Positions 27,062 to 39,700 of a DNA stretch of 64,000 bases are shown here, piece after piece. The stretch lies in contig OZ241828.1 in NCBI GenBank assembly GCA_965202585.1, positions 39,742,001 through 39,806,000 of the forward strand. Direction: 5' to 3'. The notes beneath the pieces are model-generated. The model saw only the letters and a program-made list of their open reading frames with translations. It was not told the DNA's origin and searched no databases. Position 1 is the stretch's first letter; the number at the start of each line of letters is the position of its first letter. A program made the translations under genes and the position numbers. This DNA is from Thalia democratica (taxonomy: Eukaryota).

Positions 27062-29331
27062 ATCACTTAGTCGAGTGTAAAGAAGTAATATAAGACCAAG
27101 ACTCACACACGAAAAGCTGGATAGACTTAATTATTTCTACATGATAGATTACTTAAAGAGTATATACTTAAAAATAATTTTTGTTACTTAAATTTATTAC
27201 GTCAAAATAAACTAAAACAAATATTTAATGTACTTACTTTTTTATTCAAACTAAAAGCAGTTCATAAAGTATCTATAAACTAACCTAATATTCATTTAGA
27301 TTAAGAATTTCTAAACTCAAGTTGTAAAAAGAGTTAAAAACTTATGCCTTCTGTTTTTTATGCTTTTAAAAACTGAAAATTTTTTAACAAATACTTTTGT
27401 TATAAGTAGCAACTATATTGATAACTAAATAAGATGTTTCATAACTAAACTCGGATATGAATTTTATAAGCTTTAAATATAAAGCAACTAATAGTTATTG
27501 AAAAATAGCTTCACATCCTTTAGTAAAAGTTTTAAAAGCAACGATTTAGCTACCAGGTTTTTCAATGTCTATAAGTTTTATTTCTTTGAGCTATTTTTGA
27601 ACTTTGACTTCAGTAATAAAATAAACTATGTACATAAATAAAGACTAATTTGACAAATACTTTCCAATTACATTCAACTTTAAGACTTTACAAATTTATA
27701 CTTAAAACTTTGGCTATTTTCAAAAGATATTGAAGGTTTATTGACAACGGGAGTAGAACTCCTGAAAGCGTTTTTAATTTATATGTTTATCTGTAAGTAA
27801 ACTATATTGTATATTGTAGATTTTGTAGATTTGAATATTTTGTGTAGTTTTAACTAATTATAAACTAATAATACTAGCTGTACATATTTTTCTTAAAGTT
27901 TAGTAAAATGTTTTAAAGATATTTAAAATAAAAATATGTAGTTTGATATAAAAAGACTTTTTTTTTCAAAACTGAACTACATAAAAACTAATATTCTCAA
28001 ATGAGCTCCAGACTCGCTAGTCGCTACTGCTTACTTAAAACTAGGTTTTAATAATGCAATACAACTAGAGTTGTTTTGTTTGTAACGTCATTGCTTAGAT
28101 TGCAATGCATTTATTCATGACAATACAGGTTGAGTAAACAGGTTAAGTGCAATATACTTAAGTTTTAAAGCCATTAGGTTTAAGATAGCCTTTTTTACCC
28201 TTGTTTTAGCAATTACTCATTGTAAAAATGGAAACTATATTGAAAACGCAGAACAAGATTTTTTATACTAGAATTGAAGACTTTTTTGGACAGCAAGTAA
28301 GCTGGATTTGTAAAAAAATTTGTCGCACCTCGTAAAATAAAAAAAGCTACTCTACTAAACCTTTTAAAACTTCTTAAAATAAAAATTGTAATGAAATGTG
28401 TAATTATAAAGAGCTACTGTCTATTGAAAATAAAATTAACAATACATTTTACAGCATCTGTTTTAAAGAAGCTATATTTTATGTTTTTTTACACAAATTG
28501 TTGTTAATCTAAATAGTACGTCGCTCGCGGGCCAGAGGCTTTGCATCAATATCCAAAAACACTAAAATGTCGTAAGGACAAAGCTAACTACCATAACTAG
28601 TGTTGAAGATTAAGTGTTAGTTTTTAGTTACTCAGCTAAAGTATTTTATTACTCGATTAGTTTTAAACATCATAAATATTTATGTAAAGTATATATATCC
28701 AATATTTATTTTAACAGTTTATTACAAACAAAACAATGTTTCACTCCTATACTTGCATATAGCAGATCCTCAGTTGTTGTAAATAGGTCTGAAAAATTTT
28801 TTTGAACAAAATAAATGGAAGTAAAACAAAAAATAAAAACTAATGGTTTAAAAGCAAAAATAAATCTTAAATATACTAAACTTAAGTAAAATTTTTTTTT
28901 TTTTTTTAGTTTATGTTACGCTTTTAAGAATTTTGTTGGTTAAGATAGACTAGAAAAAAAACCATAGTGCTATATACGTTAAAATAGTAAAACATGACTC
29001 ACATTGAAGTTAGTTGCCAGAAAAAACAAATAGAATACTAAACACAACATTTGCAATTGATAATGCTATAAATTGACAGTTTAAACTTAAAGATCAAAAT
29101 TTCAAAGTTAGGTTTATGACGTAAATATATTGTTGTTTAAATTGGCGCACAATTTGAATTAATATACTTTAGTTACAAACTTAGAAAATTTTTGTATAAA
29201 GATTATGTAATCAAAAGTTTTAATTTGGTATCGTGCTTTGGTGTAAATAAAAAAGAAAACAATTTTTACATGGGCGATAAAAACTCTTTACAATTACAAA
29301 TAATTTGACTTACTAATCAGCGGGTGCTAGT

Positions 29332-30480
29332 TTAAGTTTTAAAGCAGAGCTTTTGGAAATGTGGACAGTTTGCAAATAGTTCGTACCTCTTATTTAAGTT
29401 GACTTTTTTCTTAGCATTGGCTATCTCTATTTTTTCTAAAATACAGGTTTTGCAGATGCTATGTATGCTTTTAATTTCCCCAATGTGGTGAAGGATGCTC
29501 CATTTTATGTCGTAGGTGATTTTTTTATGTTTCAAATGCCAAATGTATTTTGCTAGTTCGGTCCCGTTATCTTTATAATTTTTGAAACTGTTGTTGTGGT
29601 TGGGACACGTTCAAAATCCACCCGCAATCAAAATCCACCCGCGATCAAAATCCACCCGCGATCAAAATCCACCCGATCAAAATCCACCCGATCAAAATCC
29701 ACCCGAGTCAAAATCCACCCGATCAAAATCTACCCGGTTCAAAATCCACCCTATGTTGTGGTTGTACCATCTATTTTTAAAAGTGTTTCCGGTCGAGCCG
29801 ATATAATATTTTATTTCCTTTGGAGATGTTATCGTAGCTTTGTAAATTAAATTTTTTATTAAACATTTGTTATCCAAGGGGCATGAGTTTTTTGATCGGC
29901 AGTTGCAGGATGGGTTATTGGTGGTGACGTTTTGTTCTTCGGTTTTGTTGGTTTTATTTAGAGTTTTCTTGTTATGTTTTTGTATTATTACCTTAATATT
30001 GCTCATACAGCTGTAAGATAGTTTACAGTTATTTCTGTTTAATATTTTATTTAATGTTTCGTTTTGCTTGCAGTGTTTATTAGTTATCTCGAAAAATGCT
30101 TTGCCGATGTTAGTTTTTACGGATTGGCAGAAAGGGGGGTTAAAGTAAATGATTTTCCTTGATCGGTTTGTTTTCTTTTTAGTTTGGGTCTTTACATTTT
30201 CTGTATATTTTAGCTTATGCTTAAAGTTGGCATTGTTTAAAGCATTTTGGTATGTTGCTACGTGGTTGTTAAATATTTGTTCATTTTTGGAAAGTTTATT
30301 AATTCTCCTCTTAATCATCGCTGGGAGGTTTCTTTTTATAACTTTAGGGTGATTTGATTTGTTATTTATATATCTTACTTCTGAATTTTCTTTGCGGTAT
30401 GGTTTATATATATTGTTAGTCAGGTTTAAAGTTGTATCTAAGAAATTACATACGGTTGTGCCATAGGAGTGAAACATTGT
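29332..30480 (-). mobile_element. 5'-truncated Penelope-like retroelement (end of RT + GIY-YIG endonuclease), interrupted by a 152-bp insertion
   Basis: NFLDTTLNL...YKPYRKEN...YINNKSNHP (RT thumb region); IIYFNPPF; LIYKATI...YYIGSTGNTFKNRWYNH (GIY-YIG). After the insertion the frame resumes NSFKNYKDNGTELAKYIWHLK...CKTCILEK...LNKRYELFANCPH. Confidence 0.92.
29603..29754. mobile_element. 152-bp insertion of nine direct TCAAAATCCACCCG-like units, flanked by a perfect 10-bp TSD
   Basis: GTTGTGGTTG at 29593-29602 and 29755-29764; removing the insert plus one TSD copy restores the PLE reading frame (WYNHNNSFK). Confidence 0.92.
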
Positions 30481-31294
30481 TTTGTTTGTAATAAACTGTT
30501 AAAATAAATATTGGATATAAATCTCCTTAAAGACATTTAAGTCGAGAACTTTAAATTGTTTGATTTAAAACAAGTTACATTAATAAAAAGTATATATATG
30601 TAAGTTTTCTAAAATTCTTTGGTCAGTTGTGCTCGACAAGTTAAATTGCAGCTAAATATATATATTGGAACTAAGCTTTAGCTTTACTGAAGAATATACG
30701 AGATAGAAATATGTTATATACTAAACGGCTGTATAAAACTGTTGTTTGTTATATAATTTAAATATATTTAGAAAATAGTATATTTAGATTAACTGAATCA
30801 CCTTCCACAGAGCCCAATTGAAGAGCTTTGAAATAGTTTATCTTGAAAGTTCGAATTCAAATATGATTATTTTTTAAATCATCAGCTGTGTTTGAATTTA
30901 ATTTTTTATTTACTAATCATTAATATTAATACTAAGGTTATACAAAAAAATACAAAAAATAATCTGACATTACAAAGACGTAAAATAAACTATTATTATT
31001 AAGTTTTATTAGATTTAATATTTTTTGTTTTCTCTTAGAGCTAAAATTATTTAAAGAAACCTAATATATTTAAAGTACTGTCAACTAGTTATTAAAGCAT
31101 AACGATTACTATCTTTAATCTGAACTTATAACTTTAACTATTGCACAGAAATAGTTTTTATTTTGAAATAAAAAACTATAGTATCAATCAGATTTTAAGT
31201 TTTCATCTTTTTTCATTATTAAATTAAAATGGGATGAAGGTAGTCTTCTCTTTTGATTTTAAAGACCGGACAGGATTGAATTTTAGATAAATAA

Positions 31295-31572
31295 AAATAA
31301 AAATGGTAAGAACCATTAAAAAAATCAGTCACAGTAGTATGAAGTAAAAGTATGAAATTCAGTATTTTAATGATATGGTAGTTTTTAGTTTTATTTTAAA
31401 TTTTGCTAAAAATATTTAATTTACGGTACTTAATTTTCTCTAGTTGCTAGTATATTTTTTTTTGTTTTCTACAGAATTGAAAATGTTTGTTTTTTAATAA
31501 ACGAAAGATCTCTTCAAAGTGCTTGTATAAGACTGTGACTGATTTTTTTAATGGTTCTTACCATTTTTATTT
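31295..31572. repeat. Foldback with perfect 41-bp inverted arms
   Basis: AAATAAAAATGGTAAGAACCATTAAAAAAATCAGTCACAGT (31295-31335) and its exact reverse complement (31532-31572) around a ~196-bp spacer. Confidence 0.85.
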
Positions 31573-32446
31573 ATAATTTTTTCGTTGTGTAAGAGAAATA
31601 CTTAAACAAAACCCCTGAAGTTTTTTATTAAAGCTACGTTAGTTAGATATTTAATTTAATTAATTGAAAAAAAAATCTATAGCTTAAGCCAGTATTTGCT
31701 GTCATCTGTATGTAGTTAGAAACATTTAGTTAATTATTTTGAATTATGAGACATTATCAAACAAAAGAATTCTTATGCAGGTCGTTGAATATTTTAAAAT
31801 TTGTATCAAAGAAACTCTCAAGTAAAAAAGTTTTAACAAAGCAATCTCATGATTGCACCAATGCTTATTAACAGGTCACAAATAACTTTAAACCATATTT
31901 GTTTTATTATAATATGCAGGCAAATCTGTAACTTTTAACTGTCAATAAACGTTTGTTTTACATAAACTGTTTAAACTAAAACACAGTTTATATGACAAAG
32001 GGTGAAGATTCCCACCTCACCAACTAATCATTCAGCTTTCTCACCGCTAAAAAAAGTTGGAAAAAGTTAAGATATATTTCAAAGCTTGTATTTAGACTAA
32101 ATAAAATGTTTTGGTTGTTATTAAGAATAAAAAAAGTATTTCTTGTATAAAAAAAACATTTTCAAGTTATTCAGTAATTTAAATTATTTTAATACCTATA
32201 TACTTTTAAAACTTTTAATATCATACAAATGTTAAGTGTAACTTCAACTACTTTAAATTTTGATCAGATGTTAGCCTTTCTGTCCTATGTGCAAGTAAAA
32301 TATTCATAAAAAAACTTATAGTTATTATATTAAGTTCATTATTGTAAGATCATAACTTGGTCAGTTTTCGTTTAATTTTCTTTCATTTTATTGATTGTTT
32401 TATTTTCAAACCTCTAAAAAGTTTAGAATATAAACATTAAGTTCTA

Positions 32447-32571
32447 TTAGCTCGTAAGAAACTGTAAAAAGCATAAGGTGTACAACTCAATAACCAAAAG
32501 GTTTCTTCCTAGTTCCTACACAAAGTCCTTAGACACAACTTTTTGAGCGTTTTTTCTATCGTTCAATAAAC
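32447..32571 (+). repeat. Copy of the ~120-nt structured element (TTAGCTCGTA variant, small internal insertion)
   Basis: GGTGTACAACTCAATAACCAAAAGGTT...TACACAAAGTCCTTAGAC...CTTTTTGAGCGTTTT...TCGTTCAATAAAC. Confidence 0.8.
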
Positions 32572-33747
32572 AATATTATTATAAAATTTTGTATAATGTT
32601 TATGCAACAGAACTAAAAACAATTAAGTTTAATACTTAAAACGTTTGAAGTTGTAAAAAGCCTATTTTTAATACATTAAGTACTTTGCAAATTTTTGTTG
32701 TTATAAACTAATAAACTTATTTCGTTTGGATTTCTATTTGCTAATATATAAGCAATATATGTATTTTAAGCAAATAATGATTGGTCACTTTTTTGTAATA
32801 TTACAAATGATTTTTCTATATGATGAAGGTTAGTGATAATCAAAATATTAATTTACATAGTATGCTTTTTTGGTACTTATGAAACAAATTATTAAAAAAA
32901 AACTAATTTTTTATATACATTAATACTTTTTTAAACACTGCAAAAAATGAACCAACTTTAATATATTGCATTAATACCATGCAACATAAATGACTCATAA
33001 AATACAGTTCGAGTATTTACCTTACGACAAGGAAAACTTGTGATAAAAGGAAGTTACATAATTTATTGCGAAAAAAGGCAAGCTTATGTAACATACTAGC
33101 AAATTGATTTCATTATGATAAATTCAATTGCTACAAAATAGAATATAGTTTTAATACAACAAATACAAAAAGTTTAGCTAATGAACAATGTTTGTTAACA
33201 TATTAATTTTCTTACAGCTGTTTTTTAAGGAACTTTTTTTCTACAGATAAATAACAATAAACGATTAAAAAAAATTTTTTTTAGTTTATTTTAATATAAG
33301 TTTTTTATAAGTATTTTTTTTGTGACTTAATTAAATAAAACTATTTTGAAATATTTTTTAAAATTGTATAACTATACTTCAATATGCACTTGTTAATTGA
33401 TACAAAATTATATTATATAAAATAGTTTTAAATAATTACATTTTGTTAAGAATTTTTGAAATAAGTCGATTATAAGTGATGAATTATGTAATTTAACAAT
33501 TTTGTCTAATAATTGACCCCTTATGTTAAAATTAGAAACTGTATTAGACCAAGTATAGATTATAGAGCTGCTCTTCAAGCAAATCTTTTAGACTTAAAAC
33601 AATAAAAATTGCATTTTTATAATTTCAACTAATATTTTAATATCTTCTTATAAAAATTTCCAACAAAATCAAAACTTATCTACATTATTTTCACAGTGGT
33701 AGTTATATATATCTAAACTTATGCTTTTTTAGATTAAATATACCAAA

Positions 33748-36700
33748 ATGAAACTCTTGTTTTGTTTTTTATTTTTAGTAGCATTTGTGAACTCAAAAAC
33801 TTTGAGTTTTACAAAATTATCACTCAATATATTTGGTGAACACAAGTTAGAAGAACCTGAGTATAAAGTTCTTCCAAATCCTGTTGATGTAAGTTGGTTT
33901 TGGTCATTATTGTGACAATTTTTGGGTGTACAAAAAATTTCACTAAATATTTTGCTTAGTATTTTTTCATATTTATAAAGTCATGATAGCTTATTATATT
34001 TACAATATTTTACCAATTTTAGAATTAATAAACTTTTATTTATTTTTCAAATTTTCTTTTATTTACTCAGAGTGTTAGTCTTGTAATTAATATTGTTTTT
34101 TGTTAGTTGTTGATAATTTTTCTTTTTAGATGATTTAACACAACATTTTTTTATGCAAAATAAATTTTAAACATCTATAGGAAATTTTCAGTATGTATTT
34201 AGTTGCATCAAGCCACTTGGGCTTCTTTGATTATTTAGCCAGAATTAACCTGTTTAGTGGTATATATGTTGTAATAACTATGAAAAGAAGTTTAATTTTT
34301 GTCAACACTGATTATGCATATGTTTAAATAGTTTTTACCTCAAAAATTTGCCTGTAAAGACATGAAAAAAAGCATTTCACTAAACTGTTTATAATGCAGG
34401 GTTGCCACTCGGTCAGGAAAAGTCAGGAAATCAGGAAAAGTCAGGAAAAATTTGAAAAAATTACAAAAGTCAGGAAAAGTCAGGAAAAAATGGGGGGTTT
34501 TGAAAAAAGTCAGGAAAAGTCAGGAAATTTGATAAAATAAAAAAAAAAGTCAGATTTTGTCAGTTTAAATTTACAAAATTCCTTGTTTTCCAAAGCCTTA
34601 AGTGGTAAAAGTTAATTAAAAGTCCTTTAAAGTCAGAAAAAAATTCCAAAATTTTCCTAAAAATTTACAAAAATATTTAGTTTTATTTCCAATGCCTTCA
34701 GCTGGTATAAATTAGTAAAATATCCTTTATAATACTGCAAAATTTTTCTATTAACATATTGAACAAGTACCCTACTTGAACAAGCAGATTTTGTAAGCTT
34801 TTTAGTATTTATGATCTGTAGCAAGGACACTTCCATAGTGAAACTGTGATATATACACAAAAGTTTATCTAGCATAATTTTAGAATCAAAGAGTTTTTTG
34901 TTCAAGTAAACAATTGAGTTCTTTATAACTAAGCAGTTAGTTTAGTATTTGATGTAACAAGTTAATGTGTATACTTTACCTCTTTATAATTTTTTCAAAT
35001 TTGTTTAAATTTTTTAAATAAGTTATAAGAGAGGTATAATATGCCAAGATTAAATTTACTTATTGTTTGTATTTTTTGGAGAGTAACTCAAGTTTTTAAA
35101 GTATTTAAGAGTATATTTATTTGTTACAAATTTATACTAAATGATAAGAGGAAATATTTTATACAACAGATATATAGTTTACTTTTTTATGTCTTTTTTT
35201 ACAGTCACTTAAGTATATTCTTTTTTTATTTTATTTAAGGATTTTATATTAAATATTGGGTGTATTTTATTGAGCTAAGTGAACAATTTATATAAGTAAA
35301 ACATGTTTTAAGTAAAAACTTTTTATTACTAGATATTTTTAACTTATACGCTAAATTTTTATCACTAGATTTATTTTACAACTTATATGCTAAATCTGAC
35401 TAAAGTTTACTTTTTTAGATAAATAAATAGCTTATTATGATAGAGAGTAAATTAATTTTTTGTATTAAGGTGTTAGATTAGATTTATTTGTACAGAAAAC
35501 TAACACTTAATGTATTGGGTTTTTAAACTCAGACTAACCATCGTTACTTTTTTCAGATCAGTATTTAATTGTTTTTTTTATATTTTAATTATGCCAAAGT
35601 TTACATATTTCAAGAATTCTTGGCTTTCTGAAAAAAATATTTCTGAATGAAAGTTCCTTATTAATTTAAGGTTTTAATTGTAAAAGTTCCTTATATGTCG
35701 TTTCGTTCATTTAGATACATTTATACTAGGATATTCTAAAAAATTGTGTTCTTTATTGTTTTAAGGTTTCAACTGTAAAAACTTGTTATTGTTTTAAGAT
35801 TTTAGTTGTGAAAGTTCGTTATTAATTCAAGGTTTTAATTGTAAAAGTTCCTTATATGTCGTTTGTTTTTCTAGATACATTTATGCTAGGATTTGCTAAA
35901 AAATTGTTTCGTTTTTCAGACAAGCTGTGTTTATAAGGTAAAAATACAAGAACTTTGCTAATAGAGCTGTTTGTTACAAACATCAATCATACACAGATGG
36001 TTTAAGTGATGTACTGGAAGTTTGATTATAGAATTCAGCAAAAAACTATTGTTTAAAACCTGTATTAAAGTTAGATTGGAAGTTTTATATAGTTTTAAGT
36101 GTTAGATTATGTATTTTAAATAAGTCTAGTTTAAGAGTTTGATTTAGAAAAGTCAGGAAAACTTTGGTAAAAAGTCAGGAAAAAGTCAGGAAAAGTCAGG
36201 AAATTCTTCTCAGCTTTTTGAGTGGCAACCATGATAATGCATACTGGCTTAAAGATGATTGTAGTGAAAGCAAAAAATAAAAAGATTTAAAAAAAATAAG
36301 GGTAGTTTATAGTTGCTCAGGGTGATTTCTTTTTCCTCAAAGTGTGGCAACCTTGAGCTCAAAACACCTCTTTTATCTTAAGTTTATTTAAATGTGACAG
36401 GAAAACTTTTTGTTTTTAACCTGGAATAAAATCAGAAAAACTGTAAGAAGTTTAAAAAAATCCAAGGACCACCATGTTTAAAACTTAGATGAAATCTATA
36501 TTTAGCCAAATGTGTTTAATTTTTTTTTGATAACATTTTTAACTACTTTTTGTTCACAATAACAATTTAAAAAATTTCTGTTAGTTATAAAAATAATTTA
36601 ATATAGGTTTAAAAAAGACAAAATTTATAAACTATTTACCCATTTGTTACTCACCCTATATATAATTTAGTTCAAAAGTAGGTGAAACTGTTGGTATTTA

Positions 36701-39700
36701 AGAGAAAACTTTAAACTATTATGTGTTACTGCTTTTTTGTCTTTAAATCGATAAGAAACTAAAATATCCAGGTTTTCAAATAACCCAAGCTAGACATAAG
36801 TTTTTAAGTTTTACTACATTAAAATTTTTGTTATTTAAATTTTATAAAAGTTTTGTAAAAGTTAGTATACATTGTTTTTTTTTATTGTATCTATTGGTCG
36901 TTTTTACTTTTATTTCATGTTTAGTTTTAGTGTATCTTTATCAAAATATGATTTTCTTAAAATTAATTAATAAAAAATTTTTATTCAGTTATTTTAAGTA
37001 TCTAAATTAAATTGACATTTAAAATTCAAGCTGTTATGATTATACTTATTTTAAAAGTTCTAAATTCACTTTACCCATAAACTCTGGCTAATTGTTTGAG
37101 CCATCTACTTTTCATTAAAACTTACTAAAGGAAGTTTAGACCCTTAAACAAATATTTAACTACTAAATATTTTACTACTTATTTTACTTGAATAGTTTGT
37201 GTAAGTATCCTTTATTTGGTACTAAAATATAAGTATTAAAGTATATGTTTAATAATGATGTTAAGTCCTTTTGAATAAGACTTTGTGAGCACATATCTAA
37301 AAAAAAAAGGAACAAATTAACTTAATGATGATGTTATGTACAGTTTTTTTGCTCATGCTCAATGTACTTATAGCTGGTTTAAACTTTGGCTTTTTAGTTT
37401 CCTAGTTTGTTCACATTATAACATAAAATCAAATTTTGAAGAACATTCTTAAACAATGTCTTATTAGTATCAATTGAAAAAATATGTAATAAAAAAAATT
37501 TAAGTATTTAAAAAAAAAATTTGTAAGTTACATAAATTTTGAATTCGTTTATTCAGACCCAGGCTAAGATTAAGTGACTTAGACTAGTTTGTCTAATCGT
37601 AGAAAAAAATTGATAAAATCTTGGTCATGGTTAGCCTATATAAAAATTAGGAATGTATTAACTTAACTCAAATTTATTTAAGATCAAAATTATATCTAAC
37701 CACAAGTACAAAATCTGAACAAACGTTTAATTTTAGGGCTCATCATTTGAAATTCGTGAATATATGGCTGCCAACTGGGTTGTTAACTCTTTTAATTCTA
37801 GTTCAATTGACGGGAAAATGGGAACTGAATTTATGAAGTTGTTTAACTATATTAACGCTGGAAATCATCAGGGTTAGTTTGAAAGCTTTTTTTAATTTTT
37901 CATCAAATAAATTAACTAAGCTATATACTCTTCAACATGATATTTTAGAGATGTTTTGCTTGCAACTGTTTATAAAGTCTATATGCTCATTTTAGTTTTA
38001 TTAATTGTAACATTTATTAATTAAACTGTTTATTTATTAAAAATGTACTTGAATTTTATGAATTTCAAACTAGTAATGTTTAAGTGAGGTATTAAATAGG
38101 ATTAAAACCAAAACAGTTAATTATAATTTAAAACCTTTTTTCTTGATTACATACTTTCAAAACATTTTTACAACATGACATTATTGGTAAACAGATGAGC
38201 ACATTCCAATGACCAAACCAGTGCTGACTAAAGTAGGATCTAGGGCTTGTGTGATGTGTGATCTTCCTATGGCCATGATGTTCTATGTCCCTACTGAATT
38301 TCAAGACAATGTTCCAACACCTATTGATTCATCATTAGAAATCAATAAAATGAATACAACCACCTTCTATGTCCGGTAAGTTTGTATCTTTATGCTTTTA
38401 AAACTATGTTGATAACTATTTTCGGTTTACAAGTTTTGATATTTATTTCATACTTGTTTAGGTTTTTTGTTTGTTGATAAGTTAATTAATTGTTCATACG
38501 TATTTGGATTAAATCTTGGTATGTAATCTATAATTATAGTTGTGACCTTTGTTAGCTTAAAGCTTGTTCAGTAAGTTTGTTTCAATAGTTATAAAAGTAA
38601 TTAGAATAATCTAATAGATTTACTAAGTGTACTGTTAAAGAAATATTGTATAAAGTTTTTATTTTAGCATTAAAGCAAAAAATTTTGAAGCCTATCAAAA
38701 CAACTTAATAAATTAAATTAATACAAATACAAATAGAATGAATTTCTAAAATTATATACTCTAAGTTATTTTATTCTTTCCTCAATCACAGGTGTAATAT
38801 TATGTAGCTCATTTTATTGTATTTTATTATCTTTACAGACCATACATTATTTAAAATATAAAAAAACTAAACAAATTAAAAAAAAAATACTTTTCAAAGG
38901 GTTTAGTTTTTATTTACATTCTTACTTGAAAATAGTAACTACATACTTGTAGTTGATTTACATAATCTTTAATGTTTATTTTAATGTACACACTTTGTTT
39001 TTTTCTAGGTTTCATATATAAAAACTTGTATTTATTATCTAATTTTAACATTATTGTTATAACATGTAAGATATATAATCTATCAGGATCAGCTAGCAAA
39101 AAATATTTCTAACACAGTTTTATTGTTTAAACATTTATTTTTAATATCATAAAAACCTTAAACAAAAAATACTTGACATTACTTGAAAAGGTTTAAACTA
39201 TGTTTTTAAATCTTGTATTATATATAATATACTAAGTAACTTTAATTTTGTCACGTATTTTAATCTTTCGTAGATACTAAAGTAGCATTGTCATAAGTTA
39301 ACCAAACATTGATTATGTAAAATCTAGCATAATAATGTACAAGTATAAATTTTAGATCTTAAATTCTAATAAAATAATATTTTTGAGTTAAAAACTTCAG
39401 AATTATTCATTATTTTTCAAGTAAAAAATAAACCGTTTCCTTAAAACAAATGCACATAAATATTAGCTATCAATTTTTAAATTAGAAAAATAAATATGTT
39501 AGTTGTTATAAATAATAAAGATTAAAGTGTTTATAGGCCTATATATTTGAATATAGAATACTTCCATACGAAATGAATATTAGCATACAAACGTTTTTTT
39601 TTAATTAAATTTCAGAAGTTTTAGGTTTTACAAATTTTTTGGCTGTTAATTTGAAATTTTTAGATTTTCAGACCTACTGAAACTTATTTAAGGCTTGCCA

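Noticed and set aside
29290-29330. CTGATTAG just downstream of the PLE ORF (minus strand) as a hammerhead
   Set aside because: The core deviates from CUGANGA and no matching GAAA/stem III follows.
29603-29754. CRISPR-like reading of the TCAAAATCCACCCG array, and the repetitive ORFs 29582-29806 and 29596-29850
   Set aside because: Units are contiguous with only 1-3-nt tails, there are no unique spacers or cas genes, and the context is eukaryotic; the ORFs are by-products of the repeat.
30687-30716. CTGAAGA...GAAA hammerhead-like string
   Set aside because: Stem II is only 3 A-T pairs and no stem I can form; likely chance in AT-rich DNA.
34181-34290. Possible duplicate SOUL exon 2 in intron 1 (…QATWAS…)
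   Set aside because: Resemblance needs a frameshift and is only a few residues; a clean in-phase exon 2 exists at 37737-37872.
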